Below, piece by piece: positions 48,050 through 62,644 of a stretch of 64,000 nt of DNA. The stretch comes from Gracilinanus agilis (lineage: Eukaryota): contig NC_058130.1 in assembly GCF_016433145.1 (NCBI RefSeq), forward strand, positions 308,194,293-308,258,292, given 5' to 3'. Each line of letters starts with the position of its first letter. Positions within the stretch are counted from its first letter, which is position 1. The position numbers and the translations under genes were made by a program. The notes under the pieces were generated by a model. It had not been told where the DNA came from and searched no databases. It saw nothing but the letters and a program-made list of their open reading frames with translations.

Positions 48050-51000
48050 CTCTTAAATAGCTTCTTTTTTAATCCCTAACACTTTTGCTGACTCATTGCT
48101 TAACATTTCCTTATATTTCCCCCCCAGTGTAGTTATTCTGAATCCCCAGCTACCATGGACCAGTCCTTTCTCTTATCCTTAAATGGTTTCTCCTTTATAT
48201 CTACCTATTTCAGTCCTACTTCCCATCTCCCTTATCCAGTGTCCCACTCCAGATCAGCCTGCTACATTCACTATGCACTCTGGAATGCCTGGTAGTTACT
48301 AAACTTCCTGGTAGTTACTAAACTTCTTTGTTTCTCATTCCTTCTGTCTTCTGGTTCTTACTGAGGCATGGCCCACTCCCAATGACACTGTTTTGTTCAT
48401 CATCTCTCTGGGAAGAGCTACATTTTTTCTTATATCCGAACCCCCAATACACACGCTCATTGATCAGGAGAATAGGAGATTGGACTATTCCAAACTCTCC
48501 TTTGCCACTTTCAGACCCTCCCTTGACCATATTCACTAAACAATCTTTCTTTGAGATTCAAAATATACAAAGTTATTATCAAACCATAGCTCCCAGAATT
48601 TGTTAACCAAAAAATAAAATGAGACCATTCTCTAAGTGTAACATTGTTTAGTAATAGGGGCAAGTGATCTATTACTAAAGGATGGGGTCAATCACATGTG
48701 GCTTTGTGGGGAAAGACACCAAAGGACTATATTATACCATTTTTTATACCAAAGGGTTGCCTTCTTTCTGATTAGCCTTATCATGTGTCCTTTGGACTTC
48801 CCCTGGCAGTCCTGATTAATGGATATTTTTTAAGAGGAGATAGACTTGGAGATCCCAGCTCCTCCCCTATTACCTAAGAGGGGAATCCTCAGGTGAATGG
48901 ATCTCTGCAGTTTTTCTAAGCTAGGGAAATGTGGCCAATATGGTCTTCTCGTACTTTAAGAAATGGCAAGGAGAAGTTGAATTCTTTATAAAGAGTAGAG
49001 ATCCCTATTCTGCCTTACAAAGGCAAGGATTTCAGCCTATTTAGATGCTTTGGGGCTTGAAAATAACTACTTTAACTTTAGAACTGAACTGCCTGACCTT
49101 CAGATATTGGGGTTTGAGAAAATCAATGGGTTCTTATAGAAATACTGCTAATAACTATTATAATTTGATATTAAATTTCCACACAATCCAATTTAGACTC
49201 TAGTGGCTATTATTTATATAACCTCCCCCCAAGAATTCTAATCTTTTCTTCAATAAGTTCACCATCTTCTCATCTCCTCATATCTTACTCTTCTACTAGG
49301 TTTTAGATTTATACTAGACTATATATGAGTACTCCCTCAAATACCTTAACTTTCTAATTCTTTGATCTACTCAATCACCATGACCTCCTTTTTCAGTGTA
49401 CTTCAACTACTTAAACAAATAATTCTATTTCCATGTCATAAACTGTGAAATTCCCTTATCTAATCAATTTTTTTACCATTTCATCTTTCTCTATGCTGTT
49501 ATGATCTTTAGCCTTCTTCTTTGTCCTCAACATGATCTTCATTGTTTCCAAAGCTCGATTTTCTTCTCAGAGCATTGTTTTTCCATTGGCTATAATTCCC
49601 TCCCTCCCCAATTTTTATCCTTTGGCAAAAAATCTCAATTCTACACAATCTTCTATCCTTTGTTCCTTTGCAACTTTGTTGTATTACCAACCATACTTTG
49701 CCAAACCTCATCTCTGTATTACTCCCATCATTTACCTCTCTCACTCCTATTCATATGTTGTAGAACAGAGGTTGAAGAAATCAGAAAATTATACTGGCTG
49801 GGCAAATTTATGTTATCTAATCTCAACTGAGCCTTCACTGAAGCAAGACAAACATTCTGTTCCTCCCTAATTGATTTGCTATCCTACTTTCCACAGTGAC
49901 TATTATAATCTTCTGGGCTCTTCTTAAGCCTCCCAAGACACCCTCTTTCCCCATGCTTTCAGCTTGGAACTTCAATTCATACTTCACTGGAAAATTTGAG
50001 ACAGTTTATCAAGTTACTCCATTCACTACTCCTCCTCATCTCATTTCTTTTCAGAAATCTCTCTCTACTATCTCCTTGTTCCCTACTAAGGTTGGAGAGA
50101 ACAAGAAAAGAAAAATATGAACCTGTTCCTTCCCCAAACAAACCCCTCTTTATGTGTCTTTGATCTTAGACCTTTCTAATTTATGTAATGGATTGTCCTC
50201 ACTATCATCCTCAGTCTTTTATCATCAATATTTTCTCAAATCTGTATGCCTACATACATTCCCATGCCTTTCTATCCTAGTAACAAAACAAAAAAAACAG
50301 ATAACATACCCTCATTTGATCTATCCAGTCCTTCTAATTATCATCTTATACTCTCCTCTCATTCATGATTGAACTCCTTGAGAAAGCCATTTGCAATTGG
50401 TATCCTTAATTATTCTTCTCCAGCTATTTTCTAAACCCTCTGGAACTTGGCTTTAACTGAAACTGGACTCTCCAAAGTTTCAAGTAATTTCTTAAGAGCC
50501 TAATCTAAATACTTTTTTTCAGTCCTCATCCTTCTTGAACTATGAACCTGTCAATCACTATCTTCTCCTGAGTTCTTACTCTTCTCTAGGTTTTCATGAC
50601 ACTGCTCTCTCCTGGTTTTCCTACTATCAGTATGACCTTTTCCAGGCTCTTTTGCTAGATCTTCATGTGAGGCATACCCAATAACTATGTGTATCCCCCA
50701 GGGACCTTTTCTCTTTTCTTTCTTTATTAACTTTTTTGGAGATCTTATCAGTTCTTCTGAATTTCAGTTATAATTTCTATGTAGCTGATTCCTTGATTTA
50801 TGTATATAGCTTAGTCTCTCAAATAGTCATATATCACCAACTGTCTTTTTAACATCTTTAACTCTATTGGGGGTACTTTAGATATTTCAAATTCAACATG
50901 TCCAAAACAACTTATTTGCTTTCCCCCCAAACTCTCCATCTCTTTTACACTTCCCTATTACTTTTGAGAGTGTCACCATCTTCCCAGTTCATCCAGTCTC

Positions 51001-51620
51001 ACTACTTTGGTGTCATCTGTGATAACTTACTTTTGCTTACCTCATATATCAAATCCATTAGTAAAGCCTATCATTTTAACTTTCACATTCTCTATCTTAT
51101 ACTTTCTTTTCTCTCTATTCAGATAGCCACAGTTCTAGTTCAGGCCTTTATCACTTCTCACCTGAACTATCACAAGATCCTTCTAACTGGTCTTTCTGTT
51201 TCATATCTCTCTCAGCTTTAATCCATCATCCTCCCAACTGCCAAGGTGATTTTTCTTAAAGTATAAATCTAACTCATTGAGCTCAAGTAGAGCTTTTTAC
51301 CTCTAGAATCAAATATAAATTCTTCTTTTGACATTTAAAGCTCTTTACAACTTGTCCCTTTTTTACCTTTACAGCCTTTTAATATTTTACTCCCCTCTAT
51401 ATATACTCTCTGATGCAGCTATATTTACATATTTACAATTCCTCAAACACTATCTTCATCTCCATGCTATTGAATGGATTGTCTCCAATACCTGAAATAG
51501 TCTTCTCCCTCACTTAAGCCTCTTAGTTTTTCATGTTTTTCTTCAAGACTTGGCTCAAAGCTACCTTCTGCAAGAAGTTTTTCCCAGTTCCTCTATCTCC
51601 TAGTGTTTTTCTCTGAAATA
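48050..51620 (+). mobile_element. Long L2 relic (endonuclease region through 3' region) with an unclassified insertion at about 48570-49170
   Basis: CT-rich L2 ORF2 sequence from the tgcactctggaatgcc EN-type motif to the L2 3' region. Confidence 0.72.
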
Positions 51621-51624
51621 TAGC

Positions 51625-52030
51625 TGAACCAATTATGGCATATGAATTTGATGGAATATTATTGTGTCTTAAGAGATGGCTGGAGGAATAGATTCAAAGA
51701 AACCTGGGATAACTTGCATGAACTGATAAAAAGTGAAGTAAGAAGAATGCAGAGAAATGATTATTCTAATTTAAAGGAAAATAACTATCAAAGCCTTAAG
51801 AACTCTAATTAATGCAATGTCTAAACATAACTATTGAACATTGATGTTGAAGCACAAGACATATTTTTAGGCAATTAATTAAATTTGTTTTGCTTCACTA
51901 TATTTATTTGTTACAAAGGAGGATTTTAATCTGGGAGGTTGGAGTTATGGGGAAAAGTAGTAGGGAGTGAGTAATTCAAAAACATCAATCAAACACTCAA
52001 AGTACAAAGAGAAGAACAGAAGAAAGGTCA
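51625..52030 (+). mobile_element. L1 3' fragment
   Basis: ctgaaccaattatggcatatgaatttgatggaatattattgtg resembles the L1 ORF2 end. Confidence 0.7.
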
Positions 52031-52475
52031 GAAGGGAACACAAACAAGCAGTACAAGATTTATGCTATCATGCTACCCATTTATGATCTTTTTCTCAAAA
52101 TATTTATATTTATTGATGATTTCCTAAATCACAATTAATTTTTTCAAAACTTTAAGGAACTAACTTCTTTTTTTCATAATTTTCTTCTTCCTTTCCAATA
52201 TCATTTTACTCCCCATCCCTCATCTAATCACATTTATAGCTCTCTTTTCACCTCAGTCAAAATAAATTATGATCTCCATTTTATTGGTACACACTCTCAT
52301 ATTCAGAGAAATTAAATGACTTGTTTGGGGTCACACAACTAGTAAATGAATAAGAAAGTATTCAAACGTATGCTATCTAACTTAAGTCAAGGATTCTATT
52401 CACTTGGTCTTAATATATTATTGTACTATTACACTTATCAAGCAGAATATCTGATGGTTGTTCCCCTTTTGTTTT

Positions 52476-52676
52476 ATTTATTTATTTATTTATTTAATTT
52501 TAAACACTTAACTTCTGTGTATTGACTTATACGTGGAAGAGTGGTAAGGGTAGGCAATGGGGGTCAAGTGACTTGCCCAGGGTCACACAGCTGGGAAGTG
52601 TCTGAGGCCGGACTTGAACCTAGGACCTCCTGTCTCTAGGCCTGGCTCTCAATCCACTGAGCTACCCAGCTGCCCC
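52476..52676 (-). mobile_element. Young opossum-type SINE (SINE1_Mdo-like)
   Basis: Little-diverged reverse copy: GGGGCAGCTGGGTAGCTCAGTGGATTGAGAG...CACAGAAGTTAAG with (AAAT)n tail and TSD about TCCCCTTTTG. Confidence 0.92.
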
Positions 52677-52869
52677 CTCCCTTTTGGTTTTCACTACTCT
52701 CCTACTGGAAAAATTTATACCTTTTCTACTCTTGAATTACAGAAGCAGCAATAAAGTCTTTCAACTTACAACAATCCTGGAATTTAAATCATAGTCTTGT
52801 GGTGATAGTCATTCTTTGGGAACCCAATCTGTTCTATACCAGTAGATATTAAATAAGTCAGCCAATCCC

Positions 52870-53870
52870 CAAATGACAGTGATCAATGGATATGAACAGG
52901 TAATTCTCTGAAGAAGAAATTAAAACTATCTTTAGTCATATGAAAAATGTTCCAAATTATGACTAATTAGAGAAATTAAAATTAGAACAACTCTGAGATA
53001 CTACCTCACACCTATCACACTGGCTAAAATGGCAAAAATAGGGAACATGTTAAATATTGAAGGAAATGTGGGAAAATTGAGACACTAATACAGTGCTGGT
53101 GCATCTGTGAATTGATACAACCATTGTGGTGAGCAATTTGGAAACATACCCAGAGGGTCATAAAACTGTGCATATTCTTTGACCCTGCAATATCACTACT
53201 AGGTCTATATATAAAAGAGATTAAAGATGGGGGGGAAGGACCTACAGTACAAAAATATTTATAGCTCTTTTTATGGTAGCAAAGAACTAGAAACTGAAGG
53301 AATGTCCATCAATTGAGGAATGGATGAACAAGTTTTGGCATATGATTGTAATGGAATATCATTGTGCCATAAGGAAATGATGAACAAGATCATCATAAAA
53401 AAAACCTGGGAAGACATATGAAGTAATGCAAAGTGAAGTAAGCAGAACTAGGAGAATGTTGTAAACAGTAGCAGCAATAAAATATGATTATCAACTGTGA
53501 ATGGTGTAAGTATTACCAACAATGTAAACATCTACGAGAACTCCAAGAGACATATGATGGAAAAGGCTATTCACCACCAATGAAAGAACTGGCAGAGTCT
53601 GAATGCATGACTCATACCATAGTTCACTTTATTTCTTTCGTGAATTTTTCTTTACTATAAATGATATGTGTTGTCTTTCACAACTTGATGAACATGGAAA
53701 TTGAACATGTATTGTATGATAACAGAGGTACAACTTGTATCATATTACCTGCCATTTTCAGGAAGGGAGCAAGATAGGAGAGAGGGGAAAGAACATGGAT
53801 CCTAAAATGTCATAAAATGATTATTAAAAATTGTATTGACATGTAATCTTGAAAAAAATAATTTTAAATC
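52870..53870 (+). mobile_element. L1 ORF2 C-terminus and 3' UTR
   Basis: IREIKIRTTLRYYLTPITLAKM-type motif, CPSIEEWMNK, 3' UTR with A-rich end. Confidence 0.9.
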
Positions 53871-53871
53871 A

Positions 53872-53925
53872 GGGAGAGAGACAGAGAGAGAGAGAGAGAA
53901 ACTGAGAGACAGATAGAGAGAGAGT
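53872..53925. repeat. (GA)n microsatellite
   Basis: Seen directly. Confidence 0.9.
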
Positions 53926-54599
53926 GACCATACCATATGTCAGGAGCTGTACTTAGATTCAGTGCTGGAATTAAGCAGAAACATAAAACAGCTGAATCTG
54001 TTACTATTTATTACTTTACTGAATATCTTGTTGTTGTTGTTGTTGTTGTTGGCTCTCAATGGATGATCACTGGTATCAATTCAATGAAATATGTAGTAGA
54101 AGTCTCCTAGAAGTTTGGATAGGATTCTCTCATCTTCCTCTGCCTTGGACATTTTATAAGATGGCACATTTAATAATTATAGAGAATGAACAGCATGGAT
54201 AGGCAGCTAGCTACATGTATCATAGGGATTTAGAAAATCAACAAGAACATAGATCTAGTAAATTACTTTGCTGGTATACTCCCATGACCCCACACTCTCC
54301 ATATGGCTTGTAGAACTTGAAGTATACTTGAAGATATTAACTTGAAGTAGAACAGTGAAGTTATTTAGTCTCCAATTAATTTTTATCTGGTGTTTCCATG
54401 GTTCCTTATTAAGTATAATTTGTTTTGCATTGTGATCTAAGAAGGATGCATTTAATTTTTCTGTTTTTAACTATAAAATTTTTACATTTAAATACCTAGT
54501 CAGTTTTTGTAAAGATATCATATACCACTGAGAAAAAGGTATTTTCCTTTCTATTTCATTTTAGTTATCTCCATATATGTATAATATCTAGCTTCACCT

Positions 54600-55560
54600 G
54601 AAATTTTAAAGAATTAAATGAGTTAGGGAATGTTATATACAGCAACAGAAATATTGTTCGAAGAATGATTTGTATATATCCCCTCCAGAGAAAGAATTGA
54701 TAAATTGAAATAAGCAAGATATAGTTTTATATATACATATAACTTTTTGTCAAATGATGCCTTCTCTAATGGAGGAAAGAATGGAGAGAGGGAGTTATTT
54801 GGGCATTTTAATGCAACAAATAAACAATAAATAAATTTAAATTTTCAAAGCTACAAGTGAGGTAAAAAAATATGGCACCTTGATTATTTTGTAAGTAAAT
54901 TTCCCCTGGAAAGCAAGGCATCTATTTGACACTAGTTAAAAATAGAAAAATAGGTGAGCCAGAAGTAATATTGAAACACCTTTTCATTCAATAAAATTAA
55001 GAAAAGAACTATTTTGGATGGGAGGAAGAGGTAAAGATTTCCTATTTGACAAGAACTGGGAAACCTTGAAGGCATTTGGAAGAAATTAGGATTTTGCCAG
55101 CATCTTCTACAACAAGCCACTATAAGTTCCAAATAGATATATAATCACACCATAAAAATATGGGGGGACAATAGGTTTCTTCCATGACTATGACTACCAG
55201 AAGAATTTTTAACTAAACAAGGAATATGGGGCAACTATAAAAGCTAAAATATGTAATTTCAATCATATATAATTTTAAAGCTTATATATTAAAAAGATGT
55301 GTATGTTAAATGAGAAGAGGAATTGTCAGATAGGAAAAAAAATCTTTCCACTAAATATCTTTGATAGAAGTCTGTCATAGAGTAAATTGACACAAAATCA
55401 AGAGTCCTTTCTCAATAGATTATTGTTCAAAGAATATGAGCAAAAAACTCTCCAAAGATGTATTGAAAAAGATTAACAACTGTATAAATTTTCATTCCAA
55501 ATAATTCATGATAAAAGATACAACTCTGAGGTTTTACTTGACACTCATCAAAATGCCAAA
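54600..55560 (+). mobile_element. Highly degraded L1 fragments
   Basis: Scattered ORF2 and 3' UTR similarity, e.g. caactctgaggttttacttgacactc. Confidence 0.55.
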
Positions 55561-55729
55561 AAAAGGGAGAAAACTAGGTATAAAAGAACATTTTCTAGTT
55601 ATGTGACTGTGGAAAAGTAACTTTGACCTTTCTGGGCCTTAATTTCCTCATCTATAAAATAAAGAGAGCAGACCGAATGACTTCCAAGGTCCCTTTCGGC
55701 CCTATGATCCTATGATCAAAGGAGCAAGT

Positions 55730-56150
55730 TGCTAGTGGTGACAAGAAGATGTGGGATCAAGAGCACAAGTAGAGGGATTGGCCTAGGTTTTTCCTAAGGA
55801 TCATCTCTTCTTTAGAGTCTGAAGCAGAAGATGAGAGAACATAGGTTAATAAAAGGAGTTTCGAAGTTTAAGTAAATGAGAAGAGAGACCTTTTGTCACT
55901 ATTTTCTCAATAAAGTAGCAAGTGCAGTATTCTACTGAGGTATGGAGACAGAGGATGTGGCTTAAGAGGACTGAGGAGAGAGAAGACTTGGATTTGATGC
56001 TGTGGGAAATTGCAATAGAAAGCCAATCAGGAAAGAATGAAAAGATTGCCAAGTAACAATGTAATGAGGGAGTAAAAGGAGGTATTTGTTGACTGGAGTA
56101 GCAAGCTTAAGTTGTATTAGTATAAGAATACAGGAAGAGGTAGGAAGGGA
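55730..56150 (-). mobile_element. L2 fragment
   Basis: Purine-rich reverse L2 ORF2 sequence. Confidence 0.55.
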
Positions 56151-56231
56151 AAGAATTTCCCCTTGGCAGACACTGACTTTCTTTCAAAATAATTAATTAA
56201 TTTGTTTGTTACGTTAAAATACCCAGTTGAC

Positions 56232-56350
56232 TCTCTCTATCTCTCTGTGACTCTCTGTCTCTCTGTCTCTCTCTCTTTCTCTCTCTCTGTCTCTCTCTCT
56301 CTCTGTCTCTGTCTCTCTCTGTCTCTCTCTTTCTCCCCCCCGTCCCCCCC
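56232..56350. repeat. (TC)n/(TCTG) microsatellite with C-run
   Basis: Seen directly. Confidence 0.9.
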
Positions 56351-56780
56351 CCGTCATTATCTGACAAAAAGATGTATGTACATGTAAAACAACGTCTTAC
56401 TTTAACTTGCTTGTTCTTTCTTATGGTGCAGTGGTATTCCATCACAATCATATGTCATGCCATAAGATAAACAGGAGCAGTAACTGGGAACTTGTTCATC
56501 ATATCATGGTGGAACAATCCTAATTAGACATTTATTCTTTCATGTCTGGTGATGATAGAGCACAGAGTTGGTATGGTCCCTTGGTTGCCTCTGGTTCATA
56601 AACATCTAGGAACTTTTATAGTCCTGGGTAGGGAAATCTATGATGTGGCAAATGGATCTTTGGGCTCTGTGCTGAACTTTAACCTCTTATCACCCATGGT
56701 AGAGTCTCAGCACAAGGTGGTAGAGGATGATGATCTCCCAGAAGATCCTCTGACAGTACAATTAACATTCAACTTCTAAT
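56350..56780 (-). mobile_element. L1 3' fragment, reverse
   Basis: gcagtggtattccatcacaatcatatg is the reverse of the L1 HMIVMEYHC motif. Confidence 0.65.
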
Positions 56781-59558
56781 TTTTGAACCCCTTGAAGCAG
56801 TCTACCTCCCACTCTCAGGAACTTTTACTGAAAAGAGGAATCTGTGATAATACTGAGTTGCCTTTGGAGCAAGTACTAAGATAGATCTGAGTCCTCTTAA
56901 GAGCAGGTCTTCTGATTATCTACTATACCAAAGTGGGGAGAAATCCCTGGATTCAAATTGACTTTTAAGAGCCAGCCTTATTTCTTACAAAATAATTTTA
57001 ATTATTAATTTAAAAAACGAATAGCCTCTAAGTTAAACACTGTCATTATGTACAGTGGATTTGAATGCATACACACATGCATACATATATGTGTGTATAT
57101 ATATATATATATGATATATAGCTAGATAGATAAAGATTATTTATATACTTTGGGAGAATTGTAACATTTTTGACTCAGACTTAAAGTCAGAAGAGAGACA
57201 TTTCCTATTCCAATCATTCACAATGATAGGTAAGATAGTGGTTCTGTGTGAAAGATAGTGCCATGAGTCAATGTACCTAGAAGTGTCAATGTTGATGAGG
57301 GAAAAATTGGATAAAAACATATATTTTTTTCATCTTCCATCTATGTTTATGCCAACATCAAGAAAAAATCCTTGGAATTAGTAAAAAGATTTGGTTTTTA
57401 TTAGCCTTCATAGGTTTCTATTATGGGTTAGGATCTAGTCTTAGATGCAATTACTGGTACTGTGTTTACCTAAGGGAGCTCTGAGGTAGATTAGCATGAA
57501 GTTATAGGAGCCCAGAATAGCTAGATAGCCTTCATAATCCCAAGTTCACCCAGTGGCTATATTCAGTACTCATTGGAGCAGCCATCCTTTTGTCACTACT
57601 GTCACCTTCCACACAGATAATAGGATGGGGAATCCTAGGTCTAATCTCACTTCCCAGAGGCATATAATTCTGGAGGTACCAGTATGTAAATATTACTAAA
57701 GAAAGAGCAACGCCCTGGTTAACTGAAGACCAACTGGTGCTTACCTCTGTCAAATCTGTCAGGTAGAAGCTCAATTTAGGCAGAAGGTGTGCATGTATTT
57801 CTCTGCTAGGACCTCTATGCTATGGCATGGATGTTTCTTGGTCCTCAAGGTTGATGACAGCCAAATCCCATTACTCTCTGTGAAACCTCTAGCTTCTGCC
57901 TGGGCATCCACATCAGTAGGTTTATCATAAAGAATCATCAATTTTCATCAACTGTGGCTGTAAGTTTCCCTTCTGTGTCCATTTTATTTTATTTATGTGC
58001 TTGTGTGCTGACACAAAATTAAAAATGCTGCACAAAAGGGACTTTCTTTTTGTTCTTTCTCCCCAAAGGTGGTTTGCAAATCAAAAGGATAAAAAAATTA
58101 AAGGAACCGTATATTTAAAACTGAATGATAGAATAAGATACTGTTACATGGCTGCCTTGTACCTTTTATTTCTGGTCTTTGTTCTGGGAATAGCAGGTGA
58201 TAGATAGAGTCCTTAGAATTTCCCAATCATTTACCCTCCTTTCTCTGGCTTGACAAGTATGTCATTTTCATTTTCATAGTACAATATAGACTCCTTAAGA
58301 CGCTGTGCTATTTTGAGCTAGATTATGGCATAATTGCTACAGGATTAAAAAAATAGACTTTTGATTGTGTCATAAATTTATGAATTATTAATTAAGACAC
58401 ACAAAAGTACTATGCTTGGTGCTAATTGCATGTGGCTAAGCCTTCCTAGTCAATTCATCTCAAATTACTTTGTAAAGGTTGGACACCAACACACTCATTT
58501 ATTTATTGAATAAATAAATAAGTAAATAGGAGAAAATAGAGACTTCACAGCTCATTATACAGAAACACATTTTTATTAATGAACTCATTTTAATAATTAT
58601 CTTTGTATGAGGCAAAAAATGACAAATGGAATTTCAGTAGAAAAATACATAAGAGGGGAAGTGTCCTATGTAAGCCTGTAACCTCTTGGCTATGCAAATG
58701 AATCTTTGGAGAGAAATATTTTTCAGAAAAACTTTTACAGAGAAAGACATAGAGTTGGAATTTTTATGCTTATAGTCCTTGACTATATGCATTTTAGGAA
58801 TGAATATTTATATTAGATTCATTTTGGACATAATATTTGCAAGCAAAAACCACAATGATATATATATAGGGGCAAATTAGAAAAAGAAAGCATGGAGACA
58901 TACTGTGCAAACAAAGAAAATTGGTATAGTATAGGATTTTCCAAGAGGAAATTAGGTTCATGTAATGATTAAAAACTAGGAGAATGAAATGAAAATGCAT
59001 TTTAGTTTAACTGGAGACTATCTCCATGTGGAAGAAGTTGGAAAACCTGCTTTTGGAAAGGTATATGATAATGAAAATGTCTTACCCTCTTTTGGAGCAT
59101 GTATAGACATTCTGTAACTCATTCTGGTCAGTTAAACATGGGATGAAACATGTTAGCTGGCTGTCCAGCTGGAACTCAGGTCCATTCAAAAAGCATAATT
59201 AGCCAAAGTGGTTGGTCTTCATTCTTCCCAGGGTTATGTTTCAGGGAAGAGGGAAGGAATGCTGAAAGTCCTTGATGGGGCGATTGGAGAGACCTTAGAC
59301 TTTTCATCTCCCTGATAGGGCTGTAATAGTATGATCCATGATCATGTTCATGGCCTTGCTATTGTTTCTGACTCTATTGTGCCTGTTCTTTTCTAAGTGA
59401 ATGTAACCTGGTACATTTGCAGGGTTCCTCAAATAGCATCTCCACATGGAGGATGCTAGGGAGATTACATTTTCCACATGAAGGACCATTAGGTAGGTAC
59501 ATCTGAGAGAATTGTGATTACACATAAAAAAATGTCTTGGCAAGAATATGGAGCATAT

Positions 59559-60487
59559 TGTAAGAAGAGGAGGTGATTAGAAGATTTGGGGTATAGTTGA
59601 TAATTCCCTAGAAAGAAGTATAAGGGCCTCTCCTCCCTCTTAATCACCCCTCCTTACTGGGAGACAAAATGGGGTTCTAGAGGAAAACTGGGGACCCCAG
59701 CTAATTATGCTAGGGTATAGAAGTTAAAGGTAAGCTATTCCCACAAGGGGAAATGAGTGTGACCCCTAAAAGATGTTGGTGCCAATCAGGGCACACAGAA
59801 GCCTACCCCTATTCCCTAGCTGGAAGTCAGGCTTAGAATGAAGGTTAGCCTTCCTTCCTTCCTTCAAACCCCTTTCTCTGCCTCCCACCAATTAAATACA
59901 CGCTGATCTGTCCAAATAAACTAAAGGGTTTATTTTAGGGAACAGTTAACAAGGGAATTGGAAGTGGGGTTTACAGGAAAGAGGGTACGGGGTAATTTCC
60001 CCAAATCCCCTCAGTCCTTGACTGTGATAGGTACCAACAGAGATACTGTGTTCCCCAAATACAGCTTCACTGTTCCAAACCTGAGATAATATGCTATAAC
60101 TATGATTAGTTATTAAAACTCAGAGGGAATATGGAGGGGCAATACCTAAGGCAAAATAGGGTCCAGGACTCCCCACAGAAGTCCAGTCACCCCTGGCCAA
60201 CACTGATGAATCTGTTGTTAGATATTCAAGTGTGCTCCAGGAACCAGTATGGATCAGGAGAAATAGTAAATCTTCTTTGTATGTCTGAGGAAAACCTCCC
60301 AGGCTCACTTTAAGGGTCACATAGCCAAAAACAACCACCTCCCACCTAGGTTAAAACCCCCCAAAGCTGCTTCAGTTGGCTCTTCACTCCCAGAAGTCCT
60401 TCTCCTGCCAATTGTTACTGGATCTTCCACCTCTGTGTTCTAACTCTCCAGGTTCCAAAATGCCTGGCTTTGCATTGCATTCTTACA
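59559..60487. mobile_element. Solo ERV LTR (929 bp)
   Basis: Perfect 8-bp inverted termini TGTAAGAA/TTCTTACA and perfect 4-bp TSD ATAT (59555-59558, 60488-60491). Confidence 0.88.
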
Positions 60488-61877
60488 ATATCTAGACATT
60501 CTCTAACTACTTTTGATAGACAATTCACATAGTTGAGAGGAGCCATTTTTTTATTCATTAGAACTGTCAAAAAATCCTTGGTCAGTTTTGTCCTTGTCTT
60601 TGCTACATTCACATTTAGTGAATTGGTCATTCTGTCTTTTAGACTGTCTAGTGAGACCAGGTGGCAAAGGTAGGGGGAGTTGAGTCTTAAGAAATTCTTC
60701 CCTCTCTGAGACCATAAAACCCCTGAAAATTGTGTCTTCTTGATCTTTTAACACTCTTTCTTTTGTGTTCCAGGTGTAGGAAGAGTCTCATATCTAGGCT
60801 GAGAGCACGAGTCAAAAGAATCTGAGTCAGAATCCAGAATAGGCGTTGCTTCCAACCCAGCTCCAGTGCCTTGAGGAGCAAGGAAAGATTTTTTGTAGTG
60901 ATATTTAGGATTCTAGTTCCTTAGAAGGACTCTTTCAGTAGTTATGCTGCATCTGGATGTTGAGATCTATTTATCATCTCTGATAAGGATGGCTTAGTTG
61001 ATAAGAAAATAACGGACACAGGAGACGATCGTGACTGTTAACTCATAGCTGCTTCTCCAAAGTTCCATTGAGTCACAAGTTTATCATATATGAAAATTCA
61101 AACTCCCTTTCACCTGAAAGCACAGAGTTTTACAGCTTCACAGACATTGCAATAAGTTTAGACAATACACAGAAACATCAGAAACTTCAAGGTGAAGATA
61201 AGAGTACAAGGTTGGATTGTAACTGTGTGATTATCAGTTAAGTCTGGGAATATTTTGTTGGGTCAGGAAGTCCCTGAATTTTTTGGTCTTAAATGTCTAA
61301 AACCACTTTTTGAGACCCAACAGCTGCATTCCTGATGAAAGGGGAAATGTTAACCTCTTGACTGTTGATTTGCTAAGAGCTTAAATCTTTCTAATAAGGA
61401 AAGGTGTGGATCAGAAAAGGAGTCAAAAGAGGAGTCTCAGATTTTTATCTACTTGAGACTATTTCTCTTATAGGCTTTCCACATCTGGATATGAACTTGC
61501 TGGGGCTAGGTATATAGGAACTGAGCTAAATTATGACTTCAATCCTTCCCAAAGACTGGGTTTGTATAGGAAGGATTATGTATATGGGAGATTATGTCCT
61601 TGAGTCACTGGGGGAAACTTTAATATGTTTGTTCTTGCTGATATTACATGGTTAAATGGAACTAGGGTATTAGTCATTGACTACTGATAAGTGGGGGGTG
61701 GGGAAATACAGATGGTATGGATTTGAGTAAATGGCAATGGAAGGGACCAAATCCTTCAGGGTACCCAAGAACCCAGAGTAGGATATGTAGTAGGCCTGAT
61801 CCTGAGAGACCCAGATTTGAAATCCCTGATTTGAGGTGAAGGAGACTAGAGATGGCAATGTCACTATAAGCGTTTTT

Positions 61878-62075
61878 AAAAATTAAACCCTTACCTTCCT
61901 TCTTGTAGTCAATACTGTGTATTGGCTCCAAGGCAGAAGAGTGGTAAGGGCTAGGCAATGGGGGTTAAGTGACTTGCCCAGGGTCACATAGCTAGGAAGC
62001 GTCTGAGGCTAGATTTTAACAGAGGACCTCCCATCTTTAAGCCTGGCTCTCCATACACTGAGCCACCCAGCTGCA
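61878..62075 (-). mobile_element. Marsupial CORE-SINE (Mar1-like)
   Basis: Reverse head, CORE and tail. TSD about TATAAGC(G)TTTT. Confidence 0.92.
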
Positions 62076-62644
62076 CCCCCACCCTATTATAAGCTTTTAA
62101 AGGTCATTAAAGGTGAGAACTCTTCAGTTGACAGCCATCTCTCCAGAGTGTACTCTGAATAACATTTTCTCTTTCATAATAATAAAATCACTTTAATGTC
62201 AGCAGCTTTTTGTGAGGAATCTACAATACCAACTTACCTCTTAACTTTTTGGAACCCAGTTGAGAACCTGAAAGTGAACAAAAATCACATATAAATATCC
62301 AAAAAAAGATGTAGCAAAATCTATAAGCTTTTGCTTTAACTTTAAATCTTTAAAGATTTTTAGACCCTCCCTCAGTGCTTATTTGCTCTTAGTTTAACAA
62401 ACAATTCTAATGAGAATTTTCTTCTACATCAATAGCAGACTAGAATCAACAAATTAGGAAGAGAAAAGCAAGAAGTGATAACTGGCAGTAAAGGAAGAGG
62501 GCTAAAAAAAACTACAAAAATAAGATACAAGAATTCAAATAGACTAGTAGGCTGAAGGTCTTTAGGATATGGCAAATAGTTCTAGACACTTAGTGGTCCT
62601 GGAGGCATCACTATATTAAAGTATAGCATAACAATTGATGTTCA

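Noticed and set aside
48288-48325. 19-bp perfect tandem duplication (similar ones at 63811-63848 and 17228-17270)
   Set aside because: All lie inside decayed retroelements and are ordinary slippage events.
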